54,326 bases of DNA from Candidatus Limnocylindrales bacterium. GTDB taxonomy: Bacteria > Chloroflexota > Limnocylindria > Limnocylindrales > CSP1-4. The translations under genes were made by a program, and so were the position numbers. The stretch spans positions 1 through 54,326 of the forward strand of contig JBKJOK010000184.1 in assembly GCA_046595595.1 (NCBI GenBank), read 5' to 3'. Under the pieces are notes generated by a model. The model made no database searches, had not been told where the DNA came from, and saw only the letters and a list, made by a program, of their open reading frames with translations. The first letter of the stretch is position 1, and the number at the start of each line of letters is the position of its first letter. This document shows positions 28,140 to 37,187 of this stretch, piece after piece.

Positions 28140-29489
28140 TCAGCGGCCGATCGCGGTCACCCGCAGGAGCCGGCCGCCGGCGATGTCGGTCGCGTACAGC
28201 TCGCCGGCCTCGTCCTCGCCGAAGGCGCTGAGGCCGGGGCCCATCTCCCCGACGACGGTCGGCGCCCGGAAGTCGTTCGTCGCCGGATCGATCGCCCACA
28301 GCCGCCCGGTGCAGTAGTCGCCGAACACGTAGCCGCCGACGAGTGCGGCCTGGGCCGTCCCGCGGTAGATGTTGCCGCCGATGACGGTGCAGCCCTGGTC
28401 GTGGCGGTACTCGCTGACCGGGTCGGTCAGTCCCGGGTCATCGCAGCCGTCGCGATAGCAGGCGATTCCCTCGCGCCGGTTCCAGCCGAAGTTCGTGCCG
28501 CCCGGAGCAGCGGCCCGCTGGACGTCGATCTCTTCGCGGTCGTCCTGGCCGACGTCACCGATCCACAGGTCGCCGGTCAGCCGGTCGAAGCTCAGGCGCC
28601 ACGGGTTGCGCAGCCCGGCCAGCCAGATCTCCGGCCGGCGGTTGTCAGCACCATCGGCATACGGGTTGTCGGACGGAATGGCGTAGGCCATGTCGCCGGT
28701 GGTGGCGTCCACGTCGATCCGGAGGATCTTGCCGAGGAGGGCCGTGAGGTTCTGGCCGTTGCCCTGGGGATCGCCGCCGCCGCCGCCGTCGCCCATCGCG
28801 ACGACGAGGAAGCCGTCCGGGCCGAACGCCACGGCGCCGCCGTTGTGATTGGGGTAGGGCTGCTGGACGAAGAGCAGGCGCCGCTCGCTGCCCGGATCCG
28901 CCCGGTCGGGGGTGGCCGGATCGACCGTGAACGACGAGATCCGGGTGTGGCCCTGCTCGTCGGTGTAGTCCACGAAGAAGCGCGGGTCGGTCGGGAAGTC
29001 CGGGTGGAATGCCAGGCCCAGCAGGCCGCGCTCACCGCCCGACGAGATCCGGTCGGCGATGTCGAGGAAGGGCTCGGAGACGAGGGTTTCGTCCCGGACG
29101 ATCCGGATCCGGCCGCCCTGCTCGACGACGAACAGGCGATCGCTGTCGTCGCCGGCGTTGACGACCGCCAGGGGCGCATCGAGGCGGTCCACGACCGGCT
29201 CGACCGCGACGCTGACGCGGGCCGAGTCGAACGGACCGCCGGGCGGCGAGGCCGACGTGTCGCCCGGGACCGAGGGCCCGCTGGACGGGCCGACGGTCGC
29301 CGCGGGACCCGAGGACGGGCTGCCGGCTCCGGCCGACGTTCCACTCGACGGCCGGGACGCGGCCGGCGAACCGGTCGTCCCGCCGCAGGCGCCGGCCAGG
29401 ACGACGAGGACGACGAGGAGCGCGCGGCGGGCGCCGCGGGCGAGACGGGTCGGCGAAACGGACGTCGGACGAGCGGGCATTCGATTCAT
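28140..29489 (-). CDS. PQQ-dependent sugar (glucose/sorbosone) dehydrogenase, lipoprotein
   Basis: Signal peptide and lipobox LVVLAGAC. Beta-propeller motifs GLLGLAFHPDF, PNHNGG, GLRNPWRLSFD, GDVGQD and NFGWN. Confidence 0.85.
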   Translation of the reverse strand: MNRMPARPTSVSPTRLARGARRALLVVLVVLAGACGGTTGSPAASRPSSGTSAGAGSPSSGPAATVGPSSGPSVPGDTSASPPGGPFDSARVSVAVEPVVDRLDAPLAVVNAGDDSDRLFVVEQGGRIRIVRDETLVSEPFLDIADRISSGGERGLLGLAFHPDFPTDPRFFVDYTDEQGHTRISSFTVDPATPDRADPGSERRLLFVQQPYPNHNGGAVAFGPDGFLVVAMGDGGGGGDPQGNGQNLTALLGKILRIDVDATTGDMAYAIPSDNPYADGADNRRPEIWLAGLRNPWRLSFDRLTGDLWIGDVGQDDREEIDVQRAAAPGGTNFGWNRREGIACYRDGCDDPGLTDPVSEYRHDQGCTVIGGNIYRGTAQAALVGGYVFGDYCTGRLWAIDPATNDFRAPTVVGEMGPGLSAFGEDEAGELYATDIAGGRLLRVTAIGR

Positions 29490-29538
29490 CCTACGGTCAG
29501 TCGTCGTTTGCGGTTCCCGGCGCTGCTAGGCTCCGGTC

Positions 29539-29871
29539 ATGGACGCCTTCGAACTGGCCGATCTCGTCGCCCGTCGGGACGCGAGCGGCAAGCCCTATCT
29601 CGAGTTCCTGAGCGTGCCCGATCTCAGCCTCGGCCTGTACGCGCTGGCCGTCGACCAGCCGGATCTCCAGCAGCCGCACGCCGAGGACGAGGCCTACTGC
29701 GTCGTCTCCGGCCGGGGACGGATCACGGTCGGCGACGAGGTCCGCGACGTTGGTCCCGGCTCCATCGTGTTCGTCGCCGCGACCGTCGCGCATCGCTTCC
29801 ATGACATCAGCGAGGACCTGACCCTGCTCGTGATGTTCGGTCCGGCCGAGGGCTCGCGCGCGTCCGGCTGA
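29539..29871 (+). CDS. cupin-domain protein
   Basis: 110 aa. ...HAEDEAYCVVSGRGRITVGDE...GPGSIVFVAATVAHRF matches cupin motifs 1 and 2. Confidence 0.8.
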   Translation: MDAFELADLVARRDASGKPYLEFLSVPDLSLGLYALAVDQPDLQQPHAEDEAYCVVSGRGRITVGDEVRDVGPGSIVFVAATVAHRFHDISEDLTLLVMFGPAEGSRASG

Positions 29872-29910
29872 CCGCGCGCCGTCCGCGCGCGAACTGCGCC
29901 GAGCCAGCGA

Positions 29911-30642
29911 TCAGGCGCCGAAGCCCGCCTCCGCCCCGAGCGCCGCGAACTCGATCGCCAGCTCCGCCCCACGCCCGACCTCGTCGTGCCGGAAGTAGAC
30001 GTACGCGTCCACGCCGTCGGAGAGGAACGGCTCGAGCCGGTCCAGCCAGCGCCGGAGCTCGCCCGGGTCGTAGTCGGCCCGGCGCAGCCGGAGATACAGG
30101 AACGGCCCCATCCGGCGGATCGTCGGCAGCTCCGGGTCGTCCTCGTGGTCGGTCGTGACGAGGGCGGCCCCGACCGCCCGGATCGCGTCGTACACCTCGT
30201 CCACGTGCCAGCTCTGATCCTGGAACTCGAGGGCGAGCGGCAGGTCGGAGGGCCACGCTCCGAGCAGGCCGGCAAGGCGATGGTCATCCCGAACGACGCC
30301 GTCCGGCACCCGGAACAGAATCGTCCCGAGCCGGTCGCCGAACCGGCGCAGGGGACCGGTCAGCCAGGCGACGCTCTCGGCCGGATCGACCTGGAGGGTC
30401 CGGAACGAGGATCCTCGCTGGGCCTTGACCGAGAACCGGAAGTCGTCCGGCGTCGCGGCCAGCCAACCGTCGACCGCGGCCGGACTCGGCTGTCGGTAGA
30501 ACGTGTTGTTCAGCTCGACCGTGGCCAGGCGCGACCCGTAGTGACGGAGCAGCGCCGGCCCCTTCAGGCCGGCCGGATAGAAGCGCGGCGACCAGGCGGG
30601 ATACGCGAAGCCGCTCGTGCCCGTCCGGAGTCGTCCGCTCAC
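29911..30642 (-). CDS. DUF72 (YecE-like) protein
   Basis: GTSGFAYPAWSPRFYP...LLRHYGSRLATVELNNTFYRQP is the canonical DUF72 N-terminus. Confidence 0.85.
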   Translation of the reverse strand: MSGRLRTGTSGFAYPAWSPRFYPAGLKGPALLRHYGSRLATVELNNTFYRQPSPAAVDGWLAATPDDFRFSVKAQRGSSFRTLQVDPAESVAWLTGPLRRFGDRLGTILFRVPDGVVRDDHRLAGLLGAWPSDLPLALEFQDQSWHVDEVYDAIRAVGAALVTTDHEDDPELPTIRRMGPFLYLRLRRADYDPGELRRWLDRLEPFLSDGVDAYVYFRHDEVGRGAELAIEFAALGAEAGFGA

Positions 30643-30661
30643 GTGCCGGGCAGCGCAGCCG

Positions 30662-31222
30662 TCAGGCGTCGACGGGCGGACAGCCCTCGTGGGTCGTGCG
30701 CGTCCCTGACGCCAGCGGTTCGGCCACCCGGCCGAGGCTCGCCTCGAGACCGTCGAGCGCGGTTTCGTCCAGCCGGCCCAGGAACAGCCGACGGACGCCG
30801 TCGAGATGGGTCGTGGCCGCGGTCCGCAGTCGGTCGAGGCCGGCCTCGGTCAGGACGGCCTCCTGGCCGCGCGCGTCGGTGGCGCAGGCGATCCGCTCCA
30901 CGGACCCGTCCGCCTCGAGCCGGTCGACGAGCCGGGTGATCCCGCTCCGCGACAGGATCACCCGTTCGGCGAGGACATTCATCCGGACCCGCCGACCCGG
31001 GGCGTGAGCGATCTGGAGGAGGGCGTCGTACTCCGCGAGGGACAGGCCATGGGCCGCCTGGAGTTCCTCATCGAGGCGCCGAGTGACCCGGGCATGGGCG
31101 GTCAGGAAGTTGCGCCAGGCGCCGATTCCGGGCTCGTCGGCGACGACCGCAGCGCTCGCGGGCGCCGCAGTCGGCGATTCCATGGTGATCGGCGGGCGTG
31201 ACGGAACGGATGGCGATCGCAT
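30662..31222 (-). CDS. MarR-family transcriptional regulator
   Basis: LSLAEYDALLQIA...RMNVLAERVILSRSGITRLVDRLEADGSVER...DARGQEAVLTEAG is a winged HTH. An alternative start is at ATG 31183. Confidence 0.85.
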   Translation of the reverse strand: MRSPSVPSRPPITMESPTAAPASAAVVADEPGIGAWRNFLTAHARVTRRLDEELQAAHGLSLAEYDALLQIAHAPGRRVRMNVLAERVILSRSGITRLVDRLEADGSVERIACATDARGQEAVLTEAGLDRLRTAATTHLDGVRRLFLGRLDETALDGLEASLGRVAEPLASGTRTTHEGCPPVDA

Positions 31223-31253
31223 GTAGCGAGCATCCTACTCCGGTCCGGCGATG

Positions 31254-31296
31254 GTTGACAAGGCAACGATCTTGGAGATATGGTTGCGTCGTCAAC
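31254..31296. promoter_or_regulatory. two GTTG-N6-CAAC palindromes overlapping a TTGACA-N18-TATGGT promoter; candidate MarR operator for the yceI-like gene
   Basis: GTTGACAAGGCAAC at 31254-31267 and GTTGCGTCGTCAAC at 31283-31296, in the MarR/YceI divergent intergenic region. Confidence 0.45.
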
Positions 31297-31363
31297 GAAC
31301 CGACCCAGCGACCATGCGACGGCGGGCATCGAACGGACAACCACTCCCGGAGGAGTCAACTCA

Positions 31364-31939
31364 ATGAGCGCAACCACCTGGAAGCTCGACCCCGCCCACA
31401 CCGACATCACGTTCTCGGCCAAGCACATGGTGATCACGACCGTCCGCGGCACCTTCGGCGACGTCGACGGCACCCTCGAGATCGACGACGCGACCCCGAC
31501 GACCGCACGCGGTGAGATCCGGGTCCAGACCGCGAGCATCTCGACCGGCTTCGGCGCCCGCGACACGCACCTTCGCTCCGCCGACTTCTTCGACGTCGAG
31601 CAGTATCCCGAGATCGTCGTCCGCTTCGACGGCGTCGAGGCCCGCGCTGCCGACGACTACCGGGTCACGGCCGATCTCACGATCCGCGACGTCACCCGCC
31701 CGGTCACGTTCGACGTCGAGCATGTCGGCGAGACAAGGAACTTCCAGGGCACCCGGCACATCGCCTTCACGGTCAAGACCAATCTCGACCGCGAGGCATG
31801 GGGCCTGAACTGGAACATGGCCCTCGAGACCGGCGGCTGGCTCGTCGGCAAGGAGATCAAGCTCGTCGTCGAGGTTGTCGCCGATGAGGTCGTGCCGGCC
31901 ACCGCTGCCGAGCGCGAGCTGTCCGCCGCCGCGGCCTGA
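31364..31939 (+). CDS. YceI-family (polyisoprenoid-binding) protein
   Basis: WKLDPAHTDITFSAKHMVITTVRGTF...ASISTGFGARDTHLRSADFFDVEQYPEI. GGAGGAG lies upstream of ATG 31364 (within ORF 31280..31939). Confidence 0.85.
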   Translation: MSATTWKLDPAHTDITFSAKHMVITTVRGTFGDVDGTLEIDDATPTTARGEIRVQTASISTGFGARDTHLRSADFFDVEQYPEIVVRFDGVEARAADDYRVTADLTIRDVTRPVTFDVEHVGETRNFQGTRHIAFTVKTNLDREAWGLNWNMALETGGWLVGKEIKLVVEVVADEVVPATAAERELSAAAA

Positions 31940-32065
31940 GCCCCGGCGGGCCGGAGGACGCGCGACTGGACTACGATCAGCGGCGAACCTGGATGCCGGG
32001 TTCGCCGCTTTCGATTCCCCGGTCGGAGAGCCCGCCGGTCCGACCGCCAGCCGCTGAGGGTTCCG

Positions 32066-33352
32066 ATGACCACGTTCGATGTCGAGGCGCTCCGGCGCCA
32101 GTTCCCGGCCCTCGCGATCGAGGACGGCGGCCGGCCGGTCGCCCTGTTCGACGGTCCGGGCGGCACCCAGGTCCCGGAGTCGGTGATCGCCGCGATCGGC
32201 GACTACTACCGGACCTCGAACGCGAACCACGACGGCCCGTTCCTGACCAGCCGGCGGAGCGACGAGCGGGTCCACGACGCGCACCAGGCGATGGCCGACA
32301 TGCTCGGCGCGGCGTCGGCCGACGAGATCAAGTTCGGCGCCAACATGACGTCGCTCACGTTCCACGTCAGCCGCTCGATCGCGGCGACGATGAAGCCGGG
32401 CGACGAGATCGTCGTCACGATCCTCGACCACGAGGGCAACGTCGGACCGTGGAAGGCGATCGCCGCCGACCGCGGCCTGGTCGTCCGAACCGTCGACATC
32501 CGCGAGGCCGACGTGACCCTCGACCTCGCCACGCTCGATGCGGTCCTCAACGAACGGACGAAGCTTGTCGCGGTCGGCTGGGCGTCCAACGCGGTCGGAA
32601 CGATCAACCCGGTGGCCGAGATCGTCCGGCGGGCGCATGCGGTCGGCGCCTGGACATACATCGACGCGGTCCACGCCGCGCCCCATCTGCCGATCGACGT
32701 CCAGGCGCTCGGGACGGACTTCCTGGCCTGTTCGACCTACAAGTTCTTCGGCCCGCACGCCGGCGTTCTGTATGGACGGCAGGAGATCCTCGACGCGCTG
32801 CCGGCTTACAAGCTGCGACCGGCGTCGGATCGGTTCGAGACCGGGACGGGCAACTTCGAGGGACTGGCCGGGGTGACGGCGGCGGTCGAATACCTGGCCG
32901 ACATCGGCGTGGCGTACGGGGGCGCGCGAGCCGATCGGACGCGTCGCGAGCGCGTCCTCGGGGGCATGAGCGCGATCCGGAACTACGAGCTGGAGCTGTA
33001 CCGGCGCCTGGCGGCCGGACTGACGGCCGTCCCGGGTCTGACGCTGTACGGAATCACCGATCCGACCCGCTTCGACGAACGGACGCCGACCGCGGCGCTG
33101 ACGCTCGACGGGGTCGCGCCGCGGGCCGTGGCGGAGGCCCTCGGCGACGAGGGGATCGCGGTCTGGGACGGCGACTTCTACGCGACGGGGTTGATCGAGC
33201 GGCTCGGCCTGGCCGATGGCGGCGGCGTGGTCCGGATCGGGCTGACCCACTACAACACGGCCGACGAGGTCGACCGGCTCATCGAGGCTCTCGGGCGGAT
33301 CGCTACCGGCGCTGGCGCCGGATCGACCGCCACGCCCGTCGCGGCGCGCTGA
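32066..33352 (+). CDS. class V aminotransferase, cysteine desulfurase-like protein
   Basis: ...FDGPGGTQVP...ASNAVGTINP...IDAVHAAPH...ACSTYKFFGPHAGVLYG... contains the PLP-lysine context STYKF. Confidence 0.8.
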   Translation: MTTFDVEALRRQFPALAIEDGGRPVALFDGPGGTQVPESVIAAIGDYYRTSNANHDGPFLTSRRSDERVHDAHQAMADMLGAASADEIKFGANMTSLTFHVSRSIAATMKPGDEIVVTILDHEGNVGPWKAIAADRGLVVRTVDIREADVTLDLATLDAVLNERTKLVAVGWASNAVGTINPVAEIVRRAHAVGAWTYIDAVHAAPHLPIDVQALGTDFLACSTYKFFGPHAGVLYGRQEILDALPAYKLRPASDRFETGTGNFEGLAGVTAAVEYLADIGVAYGGARADRTRRERVLGGMSAIRNYELELYRRLAAGLTAVPGLTLYGITDPTRFDERTPTAALTLDGVAPRAVAEALGDEGIAVWDGDFYATGLIERLGLADGGGVVRIGLTHYNTADEVDRLIEALGRIATGAGAGSTATPVAAR

Positions 33353-33445
33353 CCGGCCCGCCTCGCGAGCGCGATCCTCGGTGACCCCGAGCAGTTCACG
33401 GGCTCCACGGACCCGGCCCGCACGGGGAGCCCATTCGAGGCGTGA

Positions 33446-33688
33446 TCAGGTGCGCCAGGAGTTCGGGTCGAACAGGAAGAACGTCAGCTGCGACCAGCGG
33501 TCGCGCGCGGCGAGCAGGCGCTCGCTGATCGGGCTGGGGCGTGAGTCGTCGCGCGGGACCGCCTCGATGACGATCGCCGTGATCAGCGCCGGTTTCGTCG
33601 GTTCGTCGGCAACGATCGCGGGCCGTTCGCCACGGGCGAGCCGCGGCGCGGCCGACACGATCCGGGCCAAGGCGACGTAGCCGCTCAT
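33446..33688 (-). CDS. hypothetical 80-aa protein, no family recognised
   Basis: About 90% of codons end in G or C when read by hand, whereas the opposite-strand ORF is Arg/Ser-rich junk. Product MSGYVALARIVSAAPRLARGERPAIVADEPTKPALITAIVIEAV...LTFFLFDPNSWRT. Confidence 0.45.
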   Translation of the reverse strand: MSGYVALARIVSAAPRLARGERPAIVADEPTKPALITAIVIEAVPRDDSRPSPISERLLAARDRWSQLTFFLFDPNSWRT

Positions 33689-33760
33689 CGGCTGAGCGTA
33701 CCGCGCCGGACCGTGTTCGGGAAGCGCTCAGCCTCGCCGCCGTCGTATCCTGCGGCGGTG

Positions 33761-34627
33761 ATGACGACCGATCGACGCCATGGCGTCCGGAGCTCCACCG
33801 CCGCCCTCCGCGACGTCCTCGTGAAGCGACCGGGCCCGGCGTTTGGACGGGCATTCGAGGATCCCGCCCACGGCTTCCTTCGGCCGGTCGACCTCGAGCG
33901 GGCGCAGCGCGAGCACGACGGCCTCGTCGCCGCCCTCGACCGGCTTGGCGTGCGTGTCCATCGGCTCGACGAGGAACCAGAGACCGATCCCGACCTCGTC
34001 TACGTCTTCGACCCGCTTCTCGTCATCGCCGACGGCGCCGTGCCGCTCCGGCCGGGCAAGCCGAACCGCGCGGCTGAGCCCGCGACGATGGAGCGCTGGA
34101 CGGCCGCGAACGGGATCGCGACGGTCGGGCGGATCGAGGCGCCCGGGACGGTCGAGGCGGGCGACACGGTCTGGTTGCGCGACGATCTGTTCGTGATCGG
34201 GCGGACCCTCCGCACGAACGACGCGGGCGCCCGTCAACTGGCCGCGATCGTCGGCGGCGACATCCGGGTCGTCGACGTCCCGTACTGGAAGGGCCCGGCC
34301 GAGCTGGTCCACCTCATGTCGGTGATCTCCCCGGTCTCGGACGATCTCGCGGTCGTCTTCCTGCCGCTCCTGCCGGCCGGGCTCTGGGAGTGGCTGACCG
34401 AGCTCGGGATCCGGCTTGTCGAGGTGCCCGAGGACGAGTACCCGACCCTCGGCTGCAATGTCCTCGCGGTCCGCCCGGGCGTCGTGATCGTCGCCGACGG
34501 CAATCCCGTCACCCGGAGGGCCCTCGAAGCGGCGGGGGTCGAGGTCCACGCCGTCGCCCTCGGCGAGGTCGGCGAGAACGGCTCGGGCGGGGTCACCTGC
34601 CTGACCCGCCCGCTCCTGCGCGCGTGA
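33761..34627 (+). CDS. amidinotransferase-superfamily enzyme (dimethylarginine dimethylaminohydrolase / arginine deiminase-like)
   Basis: ...VYVFDPLLV...GTVEAGDTVWL...FVIGRTLRTN...LVHLMSVISPV...GCNVLAV...GGVTCLTRPL has the C-terminal catalytic Cys context. ATG 33761 within ORF 33713..34627. Confidence 0.8.
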   Translation: MTTDRRHGVRSSTAALRDVLVKRPGPAFGRAFEDPAHGFLRPVDLERAQREHDGLVAALDRLGVRVHRLDEEPETDPDLVYVFDPLLVIADGAVPLRPGKPNRAAEPATMERWTAANGIATVGRIEAPGTVEAGDTVWLRDDLFVIGRTLRTNDAGARQLAAIVGGDIRVVDVPYWKGPAELVHLMSVISPVSDDLAVVFLPLLPAGLWEWLTELGIRLVEVPEDEYPTLGCNVLAVRPGVVIVADGNPVTRRALEAAGVEVHAVALGEVGENGSGGVTCLTRPLLRA

Positions 34628-35886
34628 CGTCCCCGGTCGCGCTCGAGATCGATCGGGCGGCGCTCGTCAACGATCTCGTCGCGCTCGTCCGAATCCCGAG
34701 CATCACCGGCGCCGAGGAGGCGGTCGCCGCCGACGCCGCCGATCGTCTCCGGGCGGCCGGCATGGCGGTGGACCTCCTGAACCCCGACCCGGTCGCGATC
34801 CGGGCCGATCCGGCGTGGCCCGGCGAGGAAACTGAAAGGGTGGCGCTGCCGGTCGTCATCGGTCGTCTCGGGCGGCCCGGCGGGCGACGGATCGTGCTGT
34901 CCGGCCACATCGACGTGGTCCCGCCCGGCGATCCGGCGACGTGGACGGCCGACCCGTGGGGCGGCGAGATCCGTGACGGCGCACTGTTCGGCCGCGGTGC
35001 CTGCGACATGAAGGGCGGCGTGGCGGCGATCCTGGCGGCGGTCCGGGCGCTCGTGGCTTCGGGGGCGGCGGCGCGCTTCGAAGGCGAGTTGATCGTCGCC
35101 TTCGTCCCGGGCGAGGAGGACGGCGGGCAGGGGACGCTCGCGGCCATCCGGGCCGGCGCGACGGGCGACCTCGCGATCATCACCGAGCCCTCGAACCTCG
35201 ACATCGTCGTCGCCCACGCCGGGGCGATCACGTTCCGGCTCACCGTCCCGGGTCGCGCCGCCCACGCCTCGCAGCGGCGCGAGGGCGTGTCCGCGCTCGA
35301 CAACCTGTACGTGGTCCTGCGCGCCCTCGAGGCCGACGAGACGGAGCGGAACGCAGCCGCGACCGATCCGCTGATGACGGCGCTCGGCTTGCCCTACCCG
35401 ACGATCGTCGGAATCGTGGCGGGCGGCGAGTGGGCCTCGACCGTGCTGGACCGGGTCGTGGCGGACGGCCGGTACGGGGTCCGGCTCGGGCAGACGCCGG
35501 CGGACGCGGCCGCGGACCTGCGGCGGGTGATCGAGGCGGCCAACGCGTCGGACCCGTTCCTGCGCGAGCATCCGGCCACGGTCGAGATCGTCGGAGGACG
35601 GTTCGGCTCGGGCCAGGTGCCGTCGGATCATCCGTTGCCGGTCGGGCTCGCGGACGTCGCGGAGGAGTTGACCGGTCGACGGCCGGCCCTGCTCGGCGAG
35701 CCGTACGGAGCGGACATGCGCCTGTTCATCAACGAGGGCGGTACGCCGTGCGTGATGTACGGCCCGGGCGACGTGAAGGTCGCCCACAGCGCCGATGAGC
35801 ACGTGCCCCTGTCCGAAGTCGAGGAGTGCGCCCGGGTCCTGGCGGGGTGGGTCGTCCGGGAGCTCGGGGGCGGGGAGCGCAGCTGA
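34624..35886 (+). CDS. M20-family metallohydrolase (ArgE/DapE/ACY1/CPG2 type deacylase)
   Basis: LVRIPSITGAEE...LSGHIDVVPPGD...WGGEIRDGALFGRGACDMKGG...PGEEDGG...SADEHVP. GTG 34624 overlaps the upstream stop (GTGA). Confidence 0.85.
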   Translation: MTSPVALEIDRAALVNDLVALVRIPSITGAEEAVAADAADRLRAAGMAVDLLNPDPVAIRADPAWPGEETERVALPVVIGRLGRPGGRRIVLSGHIDVVPPGDPATWTADPWGGEIRDGALFGRGACDMKGGVAAILAAVRALVASGAAARFEGELIVAFVPGEEDGGQGTLAAIRAGATGDLAIITEPSNLDIVVAHAGAITFRLTVPGRAAHASQRREGVSALDNLYVVLRALEADETERNAAATDPLMTALGLPYPTIVGIVAGGEWASTVLDRVVADGRYGVRLGQTPADAAADLRRVIEAANASDPFLREHPATVEIVGGRFGSGQVPSDHPLPVGLADVAEELTGRRPALLGEPYGADMRLFINEGGTPCVMYGPGDVKVAHSADEHVPLSEVEECARVLAGWVVRELGGGERS

Positions 35887-35890
35887 CGCG

Positions 35891-37159
35891 TCAGGCGAGC
35901 GTGGGACCGGAGACGGCAGCGCGGCGGGCGATGACGAGCAGCGTCGGGACCACGACGAGCGCCGCCCCGAGCAGTCCGAGCGTCGCGAAGCTGGCGGCGG
36001 CGACGACCACCCCGGATGCGAGGCTGGCCGCCGCCGCAGAGCTCCAGATCAGGCCGTCCGTCAAGCCCTGGATCCGCGTCCGTTCGGCCAGCGACAGCTC
36101 GTGGGTCAAGAGGGCCGATCCCGCCACGTAGCCGAGGTTCCAGCCGTACCCGAGCAGGAACAGGGCTACGAACAGGATCAGGCCGCCGTCCGGCGGGGCC
36201 ACGGCCGCGAGCACCGCGGCAAGCGCGCTGACCACCATCCCGGCCAGGATCACCGGGATCGTGCCGAGGCGATCCGTGAGTCGGCCCGTCAGGGGTGACA
36301 ACCCGAACATCCCGAGGGTGTGGCCGCTGATCACGACGCCGACCGCGCCGAGGTCGTGGCCATGGTCCGTCATGTGGAGCGGCGTCATCGTCATGATCAG
36401 GACCATCACGACCTGGACGGTCACGAGCGAGACAATCGCGACCGGCACGTTCGGGCGGCGGAGGACCGAGGCAAGCGACGCCGAGGTCGAGCGGTCGCCG
36501 CCCGGCTGATCGTGGCGCGACGACACATCCGCGAGAGCGTACGGGTCCGGGCGCAGGGCCAGGAGCGTCAGGAGCGCGGCGGCGCCGACGAACACCACCG
36601 GGACGAGGTATGCGCCGGACAGCTCGGGCAGCCCGAGGGCCACCGCGAGGGCGCCTGCGGGCGCGGCGAGGTTCGGCCCGACGACCGCCCCGATCGTCGC
36701 TCCCCAGACCACGATCCCGATCGCCGAAGCGCGCCGGTTGGACGGGAACAGGTCGGCCGCGACATAGCGCGACAGCTGGTTCGACGCGTTGCCGAAGCCG
36801 ATCAGGACGGTCCCGACGAGGAGGAGCCCGAGGGAGCCGACAATGATCGCGACCGTCGAGACCAGCGCTCCGACGACCCCGACGCCGTAGCCCGAGGCCA
36901 GCCCGACCCGGCGACCGGAGCGGACCATGAACTGGGACAGGACGACCGCGCCGATCGCGGCACCGAGGACCACGGCGGCGCCAGGCGCACCGCTCCAAGC
37001 CGTGTTGCCGGCAATGTGTTGGGCCGCGATCGACGACACCGTCGATGCGGCGATGTGGCCCGTGCTCCCCAGCGCGACGCCGGCCACGAGCGACCAGTGG
37101 GTCCGCCGTCGCAGCCGGTTCAGCGTGGAGGCGGGGAGGTCGAGGGCGGCGATCGTCAC
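35891..37159 (-). CDS. MFS transporter
   Basis: 12-TM layout. The loop 2-3 motif is MVRSGRRVGLASGY (GRR). Confidence 0.85.
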   Translation of the reverse strand: MTIAALDLPASTLNRLRRRTHWSLVAGVALGSTGHIAASTVSSIAAQHIAGNTAWSGAPGAAVVLGAAIGAVVLSQFMVRSGRRVGLASGYGVGVVGALVSTVAIIVGSLGLLLVGTVLIGFGNASNQLSRYVAADLFPSNRRASAIGIVVWGATIGAVVGPNLAAPAGALAVALGLPELSGAYLVPVVFVGAAALLTLLALRPDPYALADVSSRHDQPGGDRSTSASLASVLRRPNVPVAIVSLVTVQVVMVLIMTMTPLHMTDHGHDLGAVGVVISGHTLGMFGLSPLTGRLTDRLGTIPVILAGMVVSALAAVLAAVAPPDGGLILFVALFLLGYGWNLGYVAGSALLTHELSLAERTRIQGLTDGLIWSSAAAASLASGVVVAAASFATLGLLGAALVVVPTLLVIARRAAVSGPTLA

Positions 37160-37187
37160 CGCCGGATGATATGGCGCGGGCCCGCCC

